In this document: positions 1 to 9,517 of the stretch, piece after piece
Numbering within the stretch: the first letter of the stretch is position 1
How the letters are laid out: the number at the start of each line of letters is the position of its first letter
DNA from: Synechocystis sp. PCC 6803 substr. PCC-P
GTDB lineage: Bacteria; Cyanobacteriota; Cyanobacteriia; Cyanobacteriales; Microcystaceae
Length of the DNA: 32,000 nucleotides
Assembly: GCF_000284455.1 (NCBI RefSeq)
Contig: NC_017039.1
Span: 210,001 to 242,000, forward strand
Direction: 5' to 3'
Translations under genes and position numbers: made by a program
Notes under the pieces: model-generated
What the model was told of the DNA's origin: nothing
The model's input: only the letters and a program-made list of their open reading frames with translations
Database searches by the model: none

Positions 1-546
1 ATGGGCATTACTTAATTTTTGCAGGGCAGTGGGGGCGGCCACCACGGAGACCAAACGGATTAAATTGGCATCAATGTCCCGGGCCATCAGCAAATCCAAA
101 GCAGCCATGATGGTATTACCCGTAGCCAACATGGGATCTAGCAACAAAAGATGGGTACCGGGGGCAAACCGCTCCGGCAACTTGTTCAGATACAGACTAG
201 GTTCCAGGGTAGTTTCATTGCGCACTAAACCCAGATGGTAAATTTTTGCCAGGGGCAACAACCCCTGGGCCCCTTCCACCAGAGCCAACCCCGCCCGCAA
301 AATGGGCACAATGACAAAGGGCGTTTGGGGGTCAATAAGACTGGCCTTGGCGATCGCCAGGGGAGTTTTCACTTCCGTATCCACCGTCGGCAACCAATAA
401 CGAGCGGCCTCATAGGTCAACCAACGTCCCAATTCCCCCATGGCAGTTTTAAACAAAACCGGCGGCGTGTTTTCATCCCTAGCTACCCCCAACCAATGCT
501 TAATTAGAGGATGCTCCGGCACATAAACACGTAATTGAGAAGCCAT
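1..546 (-). CDS. upp: Uracil phosphoribosyltransferase, 3' end outside window
   Basis: Absent from the ORF track because it runs off the left edge. Reverse-strand translation from ATG at 546 gives MASQLRVYVPEHPLIKHWLGVARDENTPPVLFKTAMGELGRWLTYEAARYW...FVIVPILRAGLALVEG...HLLLLDPMLATGNTIMAALDLL, open to position 1, with UPRTase motifs including the PRPP-binding DPMLATGNT. Confidence 0.95.
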   Translation of the reverse strand, partial: MASQLRVYVPEHPLIKHWLGVARDENTPPVLFKTAMGELGRWLTYEAARYWLPTVDTEVKTPLAIAKASLIDPQTPFVIVPILRAGLALVEGAQGLLPLAKIYHLGLVRNETTLEPSLYLNKLPERFAPGTHLLLLDPMLATGNTIMAALDLLMARDIDANLIRLVSVVAAPTALQKLSNAH

Positions 547-780
547 GGGAAAACTTAAAAGTTAATATCTAAAATTTAATTTTGTTAATCTTGGCCGTTG
601 GGGAACCGAAAAATGGGCTAAAAGTTAGGACGTGGTCTCACCGTCGGTAACAATTCACCGCGGAACTCCACTGTAGCTCAGATCGGGTTACCGGAAGTTG
701 GGGCATTGGGAAGGGAAAGGTTTTCTGCCATACTTTGGGCAGGGATTTCCCCCAAGTTCAACGACAGACAGGCAAGCATT

Positions 781-1629
781 ATGAGCAAACAACCATCCTT
801 TGACGGCTGGCAGTCCATTGTGGGGGGGCTGATCGCCGCCTTGCTAGTCCTGCTGAGTTTTAACTCCTTTGTGGTGATTAACCCTGGTCAAGCCGGTGTG
901 TTGAGTGTGTTGGGTAAAGCCCAGGACGGAGCCCTACTAGAAGGCATTCATTTCAAACCGCCCCTGGTATCGTCGGTGGATATTTACGATGTGACGGTGC
1001 AAAAATTTGAAGTGCCGGCCCAAAGCTCCACTAAGGATTTGCAAGATTTGTCTGCCAGCTTTGCCATTAATTTCCGCCTCGATCCCACCGAGGTCGTTAC
1101 CATTCGCCGCACCCAAGGCACGTTACAAAATATTGTCGCCAAGATTATTGCTCCCCAAACCCAGGAATCTTTTAAAATTGCCGCCGCGCGACGCACAGTG
1201 GAAGAAGCCATCACCAAACGGAGCGAGTTGAAGGAAGACTTTGATAACGCCCTTAATTCCCGCCTGGAGAAATACGGCATCATTGTTCTGGACACCAGTG
1301 TGGTGGATTTAGCCTTCTCCCCCGAATTTGCCAAGGCGGTGGAGGAAAAACAAATTGCTGAGCAGAGAGCCCAGCGGGCAGTGTATGTGGCCCAGGAAGC
1401 GGAACAACAGGCCCAGGCGGACATCAACCGAGCCAAGGGGAAGGCAGAAGCCCAACGGTTACTGGCGGAAACTTTAAAAGCTCAGGGGGGGGAATTAGTC
1501 CTACAAAAAGAGGCGATCGAAGCTTGGCGGGAAGGGGGGGCTCCCATGCCCAAGGTTTTGGTGATGGGGGGAGAAGGCAAGGGGTCTGCGGTTCCCTTTA
1601 TGTTTAACCTAACTGACCTGGCTAACTAG
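781..1629 (+). CDS. Prohibitin/SPFH (band 7) family membrane protein, 282 aa (ORF open from 706; likely start MSKQPSFDGW at 781)
   Basis: N-terminal TM segment followed by an SPFH domain (VVINPGQAGVLSVLGKAQDGALLEGIHFKPPLVSSVDIYDVTVQKFEV) and a coiled-coil tail rich in AEQQAQADINRAKGKAEAQRLL. Confidence 0.9.
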   Translation: MSKQPSFDGWQSIVGGLIAALLVLLSFNSFVVINPGQAGVLSVLGKAQDGALLEGIHFKPPLVSSVDIYDVTVQKFEVPAQSSTKDLQDLSASFAINFRLDPTEVVTIRRTQGTLQNIVAKIIAPQTQESFKIAAARRTVEEAITKRSELKEDFDNALNSRLEKYGIIVLDTSVVDLAFSPEFAKAVEEKQIAEQRAQRAVYVAQEAEQQAQADINRAKGKAEAQRLLAETLKAQGGELVLQKEAIEAWREGGAPMPKVLVMGGEGKGSAVPFMFNLTDLAN

Positions 1630-1733
1630 CGGCAGCGGGGAAGTTATAGGTCCCAGGGCTCCTGCCTGACCTTTAGGTCCATTCTTATAATCGGATTAAT
1701 CGGATAACGCCATCTTTTCCACCGAGGTTCCCC

Positions 1734-3068
1734 ATGGCAGGTAACGAGAATATTGCCGAACCCCAGCCGGTCTATACGGGCACCATTCTTTATCCTTCCC
1801 CCAGTCCCTATGCTTTGGCCATTACTCCTCTGGTCCAGCTCAAGAAAATTTTCCAATCCCTCTACACCAGTTTATTAAAAATGATGTGGCAGGAGTTGTG
1901 GGCGGGGGAGGTGCAAAACAATGAAGCTTTCAATCTCATCCTTTTTTTGATTTTTCTGCTTCTTTGTTGGTTAACGTTTAGCTTCCGTACCGCTAGCCAA
2001 TGGTTGTTTACTTTATTCTTTCTTTTCTGGTTTATTGACAACTCCATTACCCATCGAAATTTTCAGGAAGGCCATTACATTCGTCGGGTTTACCTCCGTC
2101 GCCATGGGACAGAAAATTTACATTGGCAACTGCAACTATCCCACAGTGCTCCCCTCTCGATGGAGTTTAATCCAGGACAGGTAAGGGCCATTGGGGTGCG
2201 GCGACGGGAAATTAGGGGGGGAGCCTTTCAGGACAAATTGGCGACGGTGTGGCAGGGACAACTGCTTTTATACGATGGGTCTGATTGGATTTTTGAGGAA
2301 GATCAAAACCTCGACCCGGTGCTAGAGGCGATCGCCGTGATTCAAGAACTGCTCGGGGAACCGGTGCCGGTGGCTTTTGAAGCTAGCCATGGGTTGGGAG
2401 CCTATGCCCTTAATAGGATTACACCCCAGGAGGAAGCAAAGCTGTTACAACAAGGACAAGGGGTGGGGGTGAAAAGAACAGAGCGTAAATGGCAGATTTT
2501 TTCCCGTTGGCGCTGGGGGGATTCTTGGCTATTAATTCAACAGATTTTTCGAGAGTCGGGTTTCCTCTTATTTGTGATATTGATGATGGGATTTATGGTG
2601 CAATTGGGGGCTATTTTGGATGGTTTTAGACGGGCATTTGCTGGGGAGATGGTTTACGTTGAAATACCGGATAATTTCGGTTTAATGCTGCCCTGGCAGG
2701 ATTGGCGCATTGGTCTGCCCCTATTGCTGGCGATCGCCATTATGATTTACCGGGGCTGGCGTCTGAGTCGGGTTAAGCACTGTGCTGTGGATCAACATTT
2801 TGTGCGGGCCAGTTTGGACCATCAACCCCTGGGTAAACTACCTACCGAGGCGGTGGAAACAGTATTGACAGTGGGACAGGACAAACCAGAAATTTTGGTC
2901 TTAACCGCCAGCCGTAGTCTAATCATTCCCTCTTTCCAACGGCTAGAAGAAGCCCTGGTGTACACCTGTGTCCTTACCAAGGCGATCGACGCATTCACCC
3001 TAGGCAAACACCAAGCAGAAGTTACTGAAACTACCACACATCCAAAGGAATTTGGGGGCGAACCTTGA
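1734..3068 (+). CDS. Conserved hypothetical membrane protein, 444 aa
   Basis: Long ORF with several hydrophobic segments (LILFLIFLLLCWLTFSF, WLFTLFFLFWFI, LLFVILMMGFMVQLGAIL, GLPLLLAIAIMIYRGW). No family recognised. Confidence 0.8.
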   Translation: MAGNENIAEPQPVYTGTILYPSPSPYALAITPLVQLKKIFQSLYTSLLKMMWQELWAGEVQNNEAFNLILFLIFLLLCWLTFSFRTASQWLFTLFFLFWFIDNSITHRNFQEGHYIRRVYLRRHGTENLHWQLQLSHSAPLSMEFNPGQVRAIGVRRREIRGGAFQDKLATVWQGQLLLYDGSDWIFEEDQNLDPVLEAIAVIQELLGEPVPVAFEASHGLGAYALNRITPQEEAKLLQQGQGVGVKRTERKWQIFSRWRWGDSWLLIQQIFRESGFLLFVILMMGFMVQLGAILDGFRRAFAGEMVYVEIPDNFGLMLPWQDWRIGLPLLLAIAIMIYRGWRLSRVKHCAVDQHFVRASLDHQPLGKLPTEAVETVLTVGQDKPEILVLTASRSLIIPSFQRLEEALVYTCVLTKAIDAFTLGKHQAEVTETTTHPKEFGGEP

Positions 3069-5037
3069 GTCGCACCAGTACACCGGTCAAATTGTCATGG
3101 CCATTGTATTCATTGGCCGCCTCCATTAATTTTCTCAGGCCCCGGTCTACGTCTTGGCTGGAGCTAACATAGGGCAGCAGTAGTTCTTGCCAGTGTTCTT
3201 CGACAAAATCATTGTCGGAAATCCCATCAGAACAGAGCAGAATCAGACAATCTTCTTCAATTTCAAAAATTGCTACGTCCGGTTGGAGATAACTACTGCT
3301 ATGGGGTCCCAAGGCCTGGGTCAACTGATAGGCATCGGGGCGAGCATAGGCCAATGTCGGATCCAGCCCGTTAAGAATGGCCTGTTGGCCCACCTCATGG
3401 TCCACCGTCAACTGCTCTAAACCATTTTTGCGGGTGACTCGGTAAATACGACTGTCCCCCACGTGGGCGATCGCCATGGTGGTGTCTTTAACTAGCATCA
3501 TCACCAGCGTAGTACCCATGCGGCCACTGCCGGAACTAGCATTACTTTGATTAACTTCGTAAATTTTTTGGTTAGCTAGATTAATCCCTTCAGTGATGGT
3601 ATTTTTGTCCGGCAACCTATTGGCCATGACAATTTGGAAATACTCCAGCAGGGTCTTGACCCCCATCTGACTGGCCACCTCCCCTGCCGCATGGCCCCCC
3701 ATACCGTCACAGACCACATAAACCCCCTGGGCCTTGATGGTCTTGCCATGGTTATTACGATGGGTTTCCACACTTGTGGTGATACCGAAAAAATCTTCAT
3801 TATGCTGTCGGTGCCCACCCCGGTCAGTGTAGCCCGCATCCACCAGGCTAATTAACTGCATAGGTAATACCGCTGTGGGGACATCGTCCACCTCTTCCGA
3901 GTCAAACACATTGACATCAGGCATGGTAACAGGATTAATGCTGGGAGCAACTTCCTCGCTTTTGAAAGCACTTTCTCCACTTTCTATCGCCGCAAAAACA
4001 TCATCAGGAATTTGCTCAAAATCCACTTCATGGATAATGAAATTTTCCCCTTCCTCCTCCACCGTAATCACTAAATCTTCGATGTCCGCAAACAAATCAT
4101 CTACATCTTGATACTCGCCCTGGGCCGCTCTTTGCAGTATGGCCAACAAGTCCTCCCCTGCCGAGGGTACCGGACTAAAATAACCATGTAACAGAGAGCC
4201 AAATTCCTCTAGGGAAACTGGCGTTCCGCCATTGGCATAAATTTGTTCTAGGGCGATGTTTTGGTCTTCATCAACTAGCAGATTTTGCCCCATCAACAGC
4301 CCTTTACCGCAGCCAGCCGAGGAAAGTTGCTGCCAGAGTTGGAAAAGTTGATTGATCCAAAAAACCATTTCCAATCCCGGCAGAGAGTCCCCTTCGTCCC
4401 GCAGCACATCTGCTAACACATCCCATTCGGAACGGTCCTCCATCAAGACAAAACCATAATCTCCGTCACACCAGGCATCGTAGACTTCGGGGATTTTGGG
4501 CATCAACACCGGAAAGCGAAAGTAGGGAATGATCGCCTTGGGTAAATTCAAGCTTGACCAAGTGTCATTGGCCATAATTTCCCCATCGGACATTTGGGGT
4601 AACCTGGTTAACAAGTCTCCCTGCTGGGACAACAACACTTTTAGTACAGAAGGCTGTAAAGGTTGGCAGTCCACCACCCTGCTTTTGAGCACGATTTGTT
4701 CCCCTTCCCCCACTTCATCCACCACAAATGGGTTTTCTTCCACGGGAGTGAGGAGTTGGTAGCGTTGACCCACATCAATGAAGTTTTCATAAAGCCTGAT
4801 CCCTTGGGGATCAAAACTCTGTTCCGGTTTCCCATCCGGGCCCACCGCCACTGGCACCGTGACCAACACTGTTAATATCTGACCGGCGATCGCCCCGCAA
4901 TGGGGACAATGGGCTTCTCCGTACTGCACCATTTCTCCGCACTGATTACAGGGATGCTCCTTCAGGGACGCCCCACACTTTTGGCAATCAGTGTTGCGAT
5001 TAGGATTTTCGGCGGAGCACTGGAGACAGATCAGCAT
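3031..5037 (-). CDS. Zinc-ribbon protein with C-terminal PP2C-type Ser/Thr phosphatase domain, 668 aa
   Basis: N-terminal CLQC...CQKC and CNQC...CPHC zinc-ribbon pairs; C-terminal PP2C motifs (DRGGHRQHNEDFF, VYVVCDGMGGHAAGEVAS, IAHVGDSRIYR, LLCSDGISD, GHDNLTGVLVRL). Confidence 0.92.
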   Translation of the reverse strand: MLICLQCSAENPNRNTDCQKCGASLKEHPCNQCGEMVQYGEAHCPHCGAIAGQILTVLVTVPVAVGPDGKPEQSFDPQGIRLYENFIDVGQRYQLLTPVEENPFVVDEVGEGEQIVLKSRVVDCQPLQPSVLKVLLSQQGDLLTRLPQMSDGEIMANDTWSSLNLPKAIIPYFRFPVLMPKIPEVYDAWCDGDYGFVLMEDRSEWDVLADVLRDEGDSLPGLEMVFWINQLFQLWQQLSSAGCGKGLLMGQNLLVDEDQNIALEQIYANGGTPVSLEEFGSLLHGYFSPVPSAGEDLLAILQRAAQGEYQDVDDLFADIEDLVITVEEEGENFIIHEVDFEQIPDDVFAAIESGESAFKSEEVAPSINPVTMPDVNVFDSEEVDDVPTAVLPMQLISLVDAGYTDRGGHRQHNEDFFGITTSVETHRNNHGKTIKAQGVYVVCDGMGGHAAGEVASQMGVKTLLEYFQIVMANRLPDKNTITEGINLANQKIYEVNQSNASSGSGRMGTTLVMMLVKDTTMAIAHVGDSRIYRVTRKNGLEQLTVDHEVGQQAILNGLDPTLAYARPDAYQLTQALGPHSSSYLQPDVAIFEIEEDCLILLCSDGISDNDFVEEHWQELLLPYVSSSQDVDRGLRKLMEAANEYNGHDNLTGVLVRLKVRPQIPLDVW

Positions 5038-5503
5038 AATTTAGGCGAGACGCAATGGATTGAGATAACTGGGACAAACAACCACCAGTTTTTCCGGAAA
5101 AGACCCCACTTTGCCGCTAAAACAACAATTAAGCTGAGTTGGGGGAAAAACCGTGACTATGGGCGAGGAGGAGGAATTTTTAGGGAGACGCTAATTTTCC
5201 AACACCATCCCCTTCATGGTAAATACCTTAGCTTAAAAATTAGACACTACCTCAACTAACTCTACTTTTGTGGGTATTACCTCACTTTTAAAGGTTTAAC
5301 CAGTTTTTTCTCCCCCCGCTGTTGGTGATACGGCTGGTTGAAATACAATCAAGAGAGTAGCGCTTTCTACAAAGCTTATATTGAAGGCACTTGAGACGTT
5401 TACATTGCACTATTTTTAGTCGAATTAGTCATATCGTTGCCCCAATGCCTTATCCAGGATAAGTACACCACTGTGCCCGTCTGATGCTCTAGTGACAATC
5501 CAT

Positions 5504-6253
5504 TTAAGAACTAAAATATCGTCGTTCCGGAAATAGGGTTAAGAGTAACTGATTAATGTAAACCTGACCCACTACGGGAGGCTTTTCTTGTACTTCTTCT
5601 GAAACTAATGGCGCAGTGGTGACCACCGTCGGAGCAGTTGGCGTCGATTCCCCAGGGGATCGATTTGAGGAAATCTGTTCTGCGGCCTCGGCGGTTGATG
5701 GCCTTGATTGCCTGGCAATGGATTCTTTTGCTTGATCTGACGGGGAATCTGTCCCCTTTGCAGGGGGCTCGTTGTCCCAGGGGGAAGGAATAGGGGCAAT
5801 GGGGTTTGCGGTTGAAGGGGATTTTTTTTCAGTAACGCTGTCAGTTGTTGGAGAACTAGCCCCTACCGTCTGGACATCGGCAACCCGATTCATTAATAAG
5901 GAGCCGGGAGGAATTAGGACCTGGGCATCAATATCCTGCTGAAAAACGGTACTCCGGGAACCGAGACAAGCTGTTGCCCCAATGGTCACTGGCCCGATTA
6001 CTAGACAGCCAGGGGCGATCGCCGTCTGCTCCTGAATTTTCACGTCACCGGCATGGGCGCTAATCACACTGCCTAAACCAATGCAGACTCCGGCTTCAAT
6101 GGTAATTTGACAATCCGGAGCCGCTTCTAAAATAACCCCCGGAGCAATGACCGCTGTTTCGTGAATGATCACGTTACCACTCACAAAATATTCAGAAAGA
6201 CTAACACTGTGAACGGGCGGTAACTGCATGGCAAAATCCGGGGGGCTGGTCAA
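5504..6253 (-). CDS. ccmN: Carboxysome assembly protein CcmN
   Basis: Hexapeptide/left-handed beta-helix region (VIIHETAVIAPGVILEAAPDCQITIEAGVCIGLGSVISAHAGDVKI), low-complexity linker, and C-terminal encapsulation-peptide-like helix VYINQLLLTLFPERRYF. Immediately downstream of ccmM. Confidence 0.95.
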   Translation of the reverse strand: MTSPPDFAMQLPPVHSVSLSEYFVSGNVIIHETAVIAPGVILEAAPDCQITIEAGVCIGLGSVISAHAGDVKIQEQTAIAPGCLVIGPVTIGATACLGSRSTVFQQDIDAQVLIPPGSLLMNRVADVQTVGASSPTTDSVTEKKSPSTANPIAPIPSPWDNEPPAKGTDSPSDQAKESIARQSRPSTAEAAEQISSNRSPGESTPTAPTVVTTAPLVSEEVQEKPPVVGQVYINQLLLTLFPERRYFSS

Positions 6254-6263
6254 CTAGTAATTA

Positions 6264-8327
6264 CTAGGGACGCTGAATAATGGTTTCCAACACCCGCCGT
6301 TTAGCCGTGGGATCTATGCCTAGTAAGCGGACATATTCGCCGTTATGGTCTGCCAAACAACCTTCTAGGGCCCGCAACACTTCCGACTCGTGGGTACTGG
6401 TGATAGGGGCACAACTCTGCCAGGATTTGGCTTTAAAGCGACGTTTATCCGTGTGTTCGGTGCCAATTTTGTAACCCTGGGCCAGGAGGGAACGCACCTG
6501 GGTAACCACGCTGTTATCTAGGCGCACGGCAGAATTACTGTAACCACCACCATTGCCACTGCCAAAGCCATTGCTGGAGGCACTACTGGATGTACTAGCA
6601 CTAGACGAAGACGGCGATCGCCCAGCAACAACGTTGTCCCCTGGACGTTGAATAATCTGTTCTAACACCCGTCGCTTACCAACCCGGTCAATACCAATAA
6701 TCCGCACATACTCCCCGGCATGATCTGCTAGGCAAGCTTCCAATTTGGCTAAAACTTCAGCTTCCCGGCCACCATCAATGGTGGGACAAGTATCCCAGGA
6801 TTTGGCCTTAAAGCGACGTTTATCTGTGTGTTCGGTACCAATGCTATGGCCGTTGGCGAGTAATCCCCGCACCGTTGCTATCACTTCTGGGGTTAAACCA
6901 CCAGCACTAGAGCCCCCGGCGGAGCTCACAGGGGCAGACTTATAGCCAACGGAACTGCTGGAACTAGAAGGTTTACCATTGCCATTACCATTGGGACGGT
7001 GTACAACAATTTCTGCCACCCGCCGCTTACCGGCTGGATCAATACCGATAATGCGCACATACTCATTGGTGTGGTCGGCCAGGAAACGATTTAATTCCTG
7101 CAAAGCTTCCCCTTCCCGATGACTACCAATGGTGCCTCCAGTTAACCAAGAGCCGGTTTTGAAGCGACGGGCACTGGCATATTCCAAGCCGATTTTATAA
7201 CCCTGATGCAACAGGGCCCGCAACTGGTTAGCACTATCCCCAGCTAAGTTACCTGTTTGGTGGGCCACCGCACTCCGGCCGCTACCGCCACTGCTTAGGG
7301 CTTTGGTGGTGGTGGTACCCCGACTAGGAGAACCGGGAACATCACCGGGGCGTTGAATAATCACTTCCACTACCCGGCGTTTAGCCCCCTGGTCAATGCC
7401 AATGAGGCGGACATATTCCCCCGCAAACTCCTGGAGCCAACCTTCCACCGTGGCAATAACCTGGTCGGGACGGAAACCATCGGCGGTGCCACAGCTCTGC
7501 CAAGATTTGGTTTTGAAACGTCGTTCGTTGGCGTGTTCCGCCCCGATACCATAGCCCTGGGCCAGGAGGGAGCGGATCTGGTTGGTAATGTCAGAATTAA
7601 TACTCATGTTGTCTATGGAATTTATATAGGGGGTTTCAGTAACGGGGGTAACGGCGGGGAGGGACTCCGGCAACACACACACGGTTGGATCAGTTCCCTG
7701 GGTTGGAGAAGCACTTTGTCCGTGCATGGCCGCAATCTGCTGGACAAAATGGCGATCGCCAGCTTGCACATCCGGTAAACTATCCGCCTGGTGTTGCTGG
7801 GTAATCATGGCACCGGAGGGCACCAATTTGTTGGGGGGAATTTCCACATCCTGAACTAGGGAATGCATCATCACCACCGCCCCATCCCCCACCCGTGCAT
7901 TGAGCACAGTGGAACGGAAACCAATGAAGCAATTAGCGCCGAGGTAAACTGGGCCGTGGACCAAAGCCAAATGGGCCACACAGGTGCCCGGCCCAATCCA
8001 AACAGAATATTCCTGGTCATCATCCCCCAGCACCCGACCAGTTTCTAAGCCATGGATCACCACTCCATGTTGGATCAGCACATTACCGCCAATCCAAAAG
8101 GGCGTGCCCTCGTCCGCTCGAATGGAGCTCCCAGGGGCAACACTGACCCCGGGCTGAATGCGCACATCCCCCACCACATTGGCAAACGAATGCACGTAGG
8201 CCGTCGGGTCAATCTGGGGGTCTGCTAAATGTTTGGACCAAGGCCTGGAAGCCAAGGCGGTGCGAGATCCCATGCAATAGTTCCTCCTAGATACAGCCAA
8301 CAACCAGCCCAGGGACTTTGCCAGCAC
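6264..8327 (-). CDS. ccmM: Carboxysome scaffold protein CcmM (gamma-carbonic-anhydrase-like domain plus four RbcS-like SSUL repeats), 687 aa
   Basis: N-terminal gamma-CA fold ([55 protein letters not shown]) followed by four repeats with the core RRFK(T/A)(K/G)SW and GEYVR(L/I)(I/L)GID. Confidence 0.98.
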   Translation of the reverse strand: MLAKSLGWLLAVSRRNYCMGSRTALASRPWSKHLADPQIDPTAYVHSFANVVGDVRIQPGVSVAPGSSIRADEGTPFWIGGNVLIQHGVVIHGLETGRVLGDDDQEYSVWIGPGTCVAHLALVHGPVYLGANCFIGFRSTVLNARVGDGAVVMMHSLVQDVEIPPNKLVPSGAMITQQHQADSLPDVQAGDRHFVQQIAAMHGQSASPTQGTDPTVCVLPESLPAVTPVTETPYINSIDNMSINSDITNQIRSLLAQGYGIGAEHANERRFKTKSWQSCGTADGFRPDQVIATVEGWLQEFAGEYVRLIGIDQGAKRRVVEVIIQRPGDVPGSPSRGTTTTKALSSGGSGRSAVAHQTGNLAGDSANQLRALLHQGYKIGLEYASARRFKTGSWLTGGTIGSHREGEALQELNRFLADHTNEYVRIIGIDPAGKRRVAEIVVHRPNGNGNGKPSSSSSSVGYKSAPVSSAGGSSAGGLTPEVIATVRGLLANGHSIGTEHTDKRRFKAKSWDTCPTIDGGREAEVLAKLEACLADHAGEYVRIIGIDRVGKRRVLEQIIQRPGDNVVAGRSPSSSSASTSSSASSNGFGSGNGGGYSNSAVRLDNSVVTQVRSLLAQGYKIGTEHTDKRRFKAKSWQSCAPITSTHESEVLRALEGCLADHNGEYVRLLGIDPTAKRRVLETIIQRP
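6267..7607 (-). repeat. Four RbcS-like (SSUL) repeat units within ccmM, approx. 7350-7607, 6995-7241, 6640-6902, 6267-6515
   Basis: Protein-level repeats: [28 protein letters not shown]..., [28 protein letters not shown]..., [28 protein letters not shown]..., [28 protein letters not shown]..., separated by Ser/Gly-rich linkers. Confidence 0.93.
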
Positions 8328-8406
8328 TGCATCGGGTTCAAATATGTCCCAAGCAAAATCCTAGTTCCTCCACTGGATAGGAAGGATAGGAAAAAAGGGG
8401 GGAGCG

Positions 8407-8709
8407 TTATCTCCCATCATCCCTCTTGTTGTAGAGGGAGCCACTAGCCACATTAACTGTGTCGATGATGCCCACCACCATGGCATCCAAAGGGCGATCG
8501 CCATTGCCCCGTTCCTTACGGGCGGCACTACCCCGGGCCACCAGCACCCATTCATTTAAGCCTGCACCTACCACATCCCCCGCCACTTCATAGCGTTCCA
8601 GGGGTTGACCTTTGGTGTCGAGGAACTGAACTAAAAGCAGCTTGACGCCGGTTAAGTTCGGTGTCTTCGATGTACTGACCACGGTCCCCAAAACTTTGGC
8701 AAGTTGCAT
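8407..8709 (-). CDS. ccmL: Carboxysome vertex (pentameric shell) protein CcmL
   Basis: MQLAKVLGTVVSTSKTPNLTGVKLLLVQFLD...VAGDVVGAGLNEWVLVARGSAAR...; EutN/CcmL family signature and position between ccmK1 and ccmM. Confidence 0.97.
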   Translation of the reverse strand: MQLAKVLGTVVSTSKTPNLTGVKLLLVQFLDTKGQPLERYEVAGDVVGAGLNEWVLVARGSAARKERGNGDRPLDAMVVGIIDTVNVASGSLYNKRDDGR

Positions 8710-8741
8710 GGCTTAATTGGGCTCAAAATTTATAGGGAAAA

Positions 8742-9077
8742 TTAACGGCGGATGATGGAAGGATTAACGATTTCCCGGAACTGTTCCACCGCCTCGGTGT
8801 AGCGAATGGGTAGCACATACTCCAGGTTTTCGTGGGGACGGGCAATAATGTGGTTAGACAAAACTTCACCACCGTTTACCCGACGGATGTTTTCAATGCC
8901 AGCGGTCACTGAGGCCTGTACCTCGGACACGTCACCCCGCACAATCACGGTGACTCGGCCGCTACCAATTTTTTCGTAGCCCACCAGGGTAACCCGGGCG
9001 GCTTTAACCATGGAGTCGGCGGCCTCCACAACGGCGGGAAACCCAAGGGTTTCGATCATCCCAACTGCAATTGACAT
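8742..9077 (-). CDS. ccmK1: Carboxysome BMC-domain hexameric shell protein CcmK1, 111 aa
   Basis: [60 protein letters not shown]; BMC domain, with a longer C-terminus ([14 protein letters not shown]) than its neighbour. Confidence 0.97.
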   Translation of the reverse strand: MSIAVGMIETLGFPAVVEAADSMVKAARVTLVGYEKIGSGRVTVIVRGDVSEVQASVTAGIENIRRVNGGEVLSNHIIARPHENLEYVLPIRYTEAVEQFREIVNPSIIRR

Positions 9078-9205
9078 AGGTTTAAGTTACTCCCAGGGAA
9101 TATCAAATCAAAAAATCAAAACTACGCTGATCAGCGTCCATTGCCCAGGCTCGGCAGTCCTGGCTATTCTGTGTAGTTGACTACCGATCGCCAAACAAAG
9201 GGGAA

Positions 9206-9517
9206 TTAATATGTCCGAAATTGTTCAACTTCTTCGGTATAGCGAATGGGGAGGACGTATTCCAGGTTTTCGTGGGGACGGGCAATGATGTGGGTAGAAA
9301 GCACTTCGCCACCGTTGACTCGGTTAGCGGCTTCGATACCAGCGGAAACAGAAGCTTGTACTTCGGAAACATCCCCCCGCACAATCACCGTGACCCGACC
9401 GCTACCAATTTTTTCGTAGCCCACCAGGGTGACCCGAGCGGCTTTAACCATGGAGTCGGCTGCTTCTACAACAGCGGGGAAGCCACGGGTTTCGATCATT
9501 CCAACTGCAATGGACAT
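9206..9517 (-). CDS. ccmK2: Carboxysome BMC-domain hexameric shell protein CcmK2, 103 aa
   Basis: [60 protein letters not shown]; first gene of the ccm cluster. Confidence 0.97.
   Translation of the reverse strand: MSIAVGMIETRGFPAVVEAADSMVKAARVTLVGYEKIGSGRVTVIVRGDVSEVQASVSAGIEAANRVNGGEVLSTHIIARPHENLEYVLPIRYTEEVEQFRTY

Noticed and set aside
29-507. Two plus-strand ORFs (29..241 and 235..507)
   Set aside because: Both are antisense to the clearly recognisable partial upp gene on the minus strand.
4900-5259. 119-aa plus-strand ORF
   Set aside because: Begins antisense within the phosphatase gene and runs into the spacer; no motif, no same-strand neighbours.
6267-7607. CRISPR-like or mobile repeat suspicion for the repeated blocks
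   Set aside because: Repeats are long, imperfect and encode RbcS-like protein domains in frame within ccmM; this is protein domain duplication.
7353-7778. 141-aa plus-strand ORF
   Set aside because: Fully antisense to ccmM; it exists because the ccmM repeats lack stop codons in the mirrored frame. No recognisable motif.
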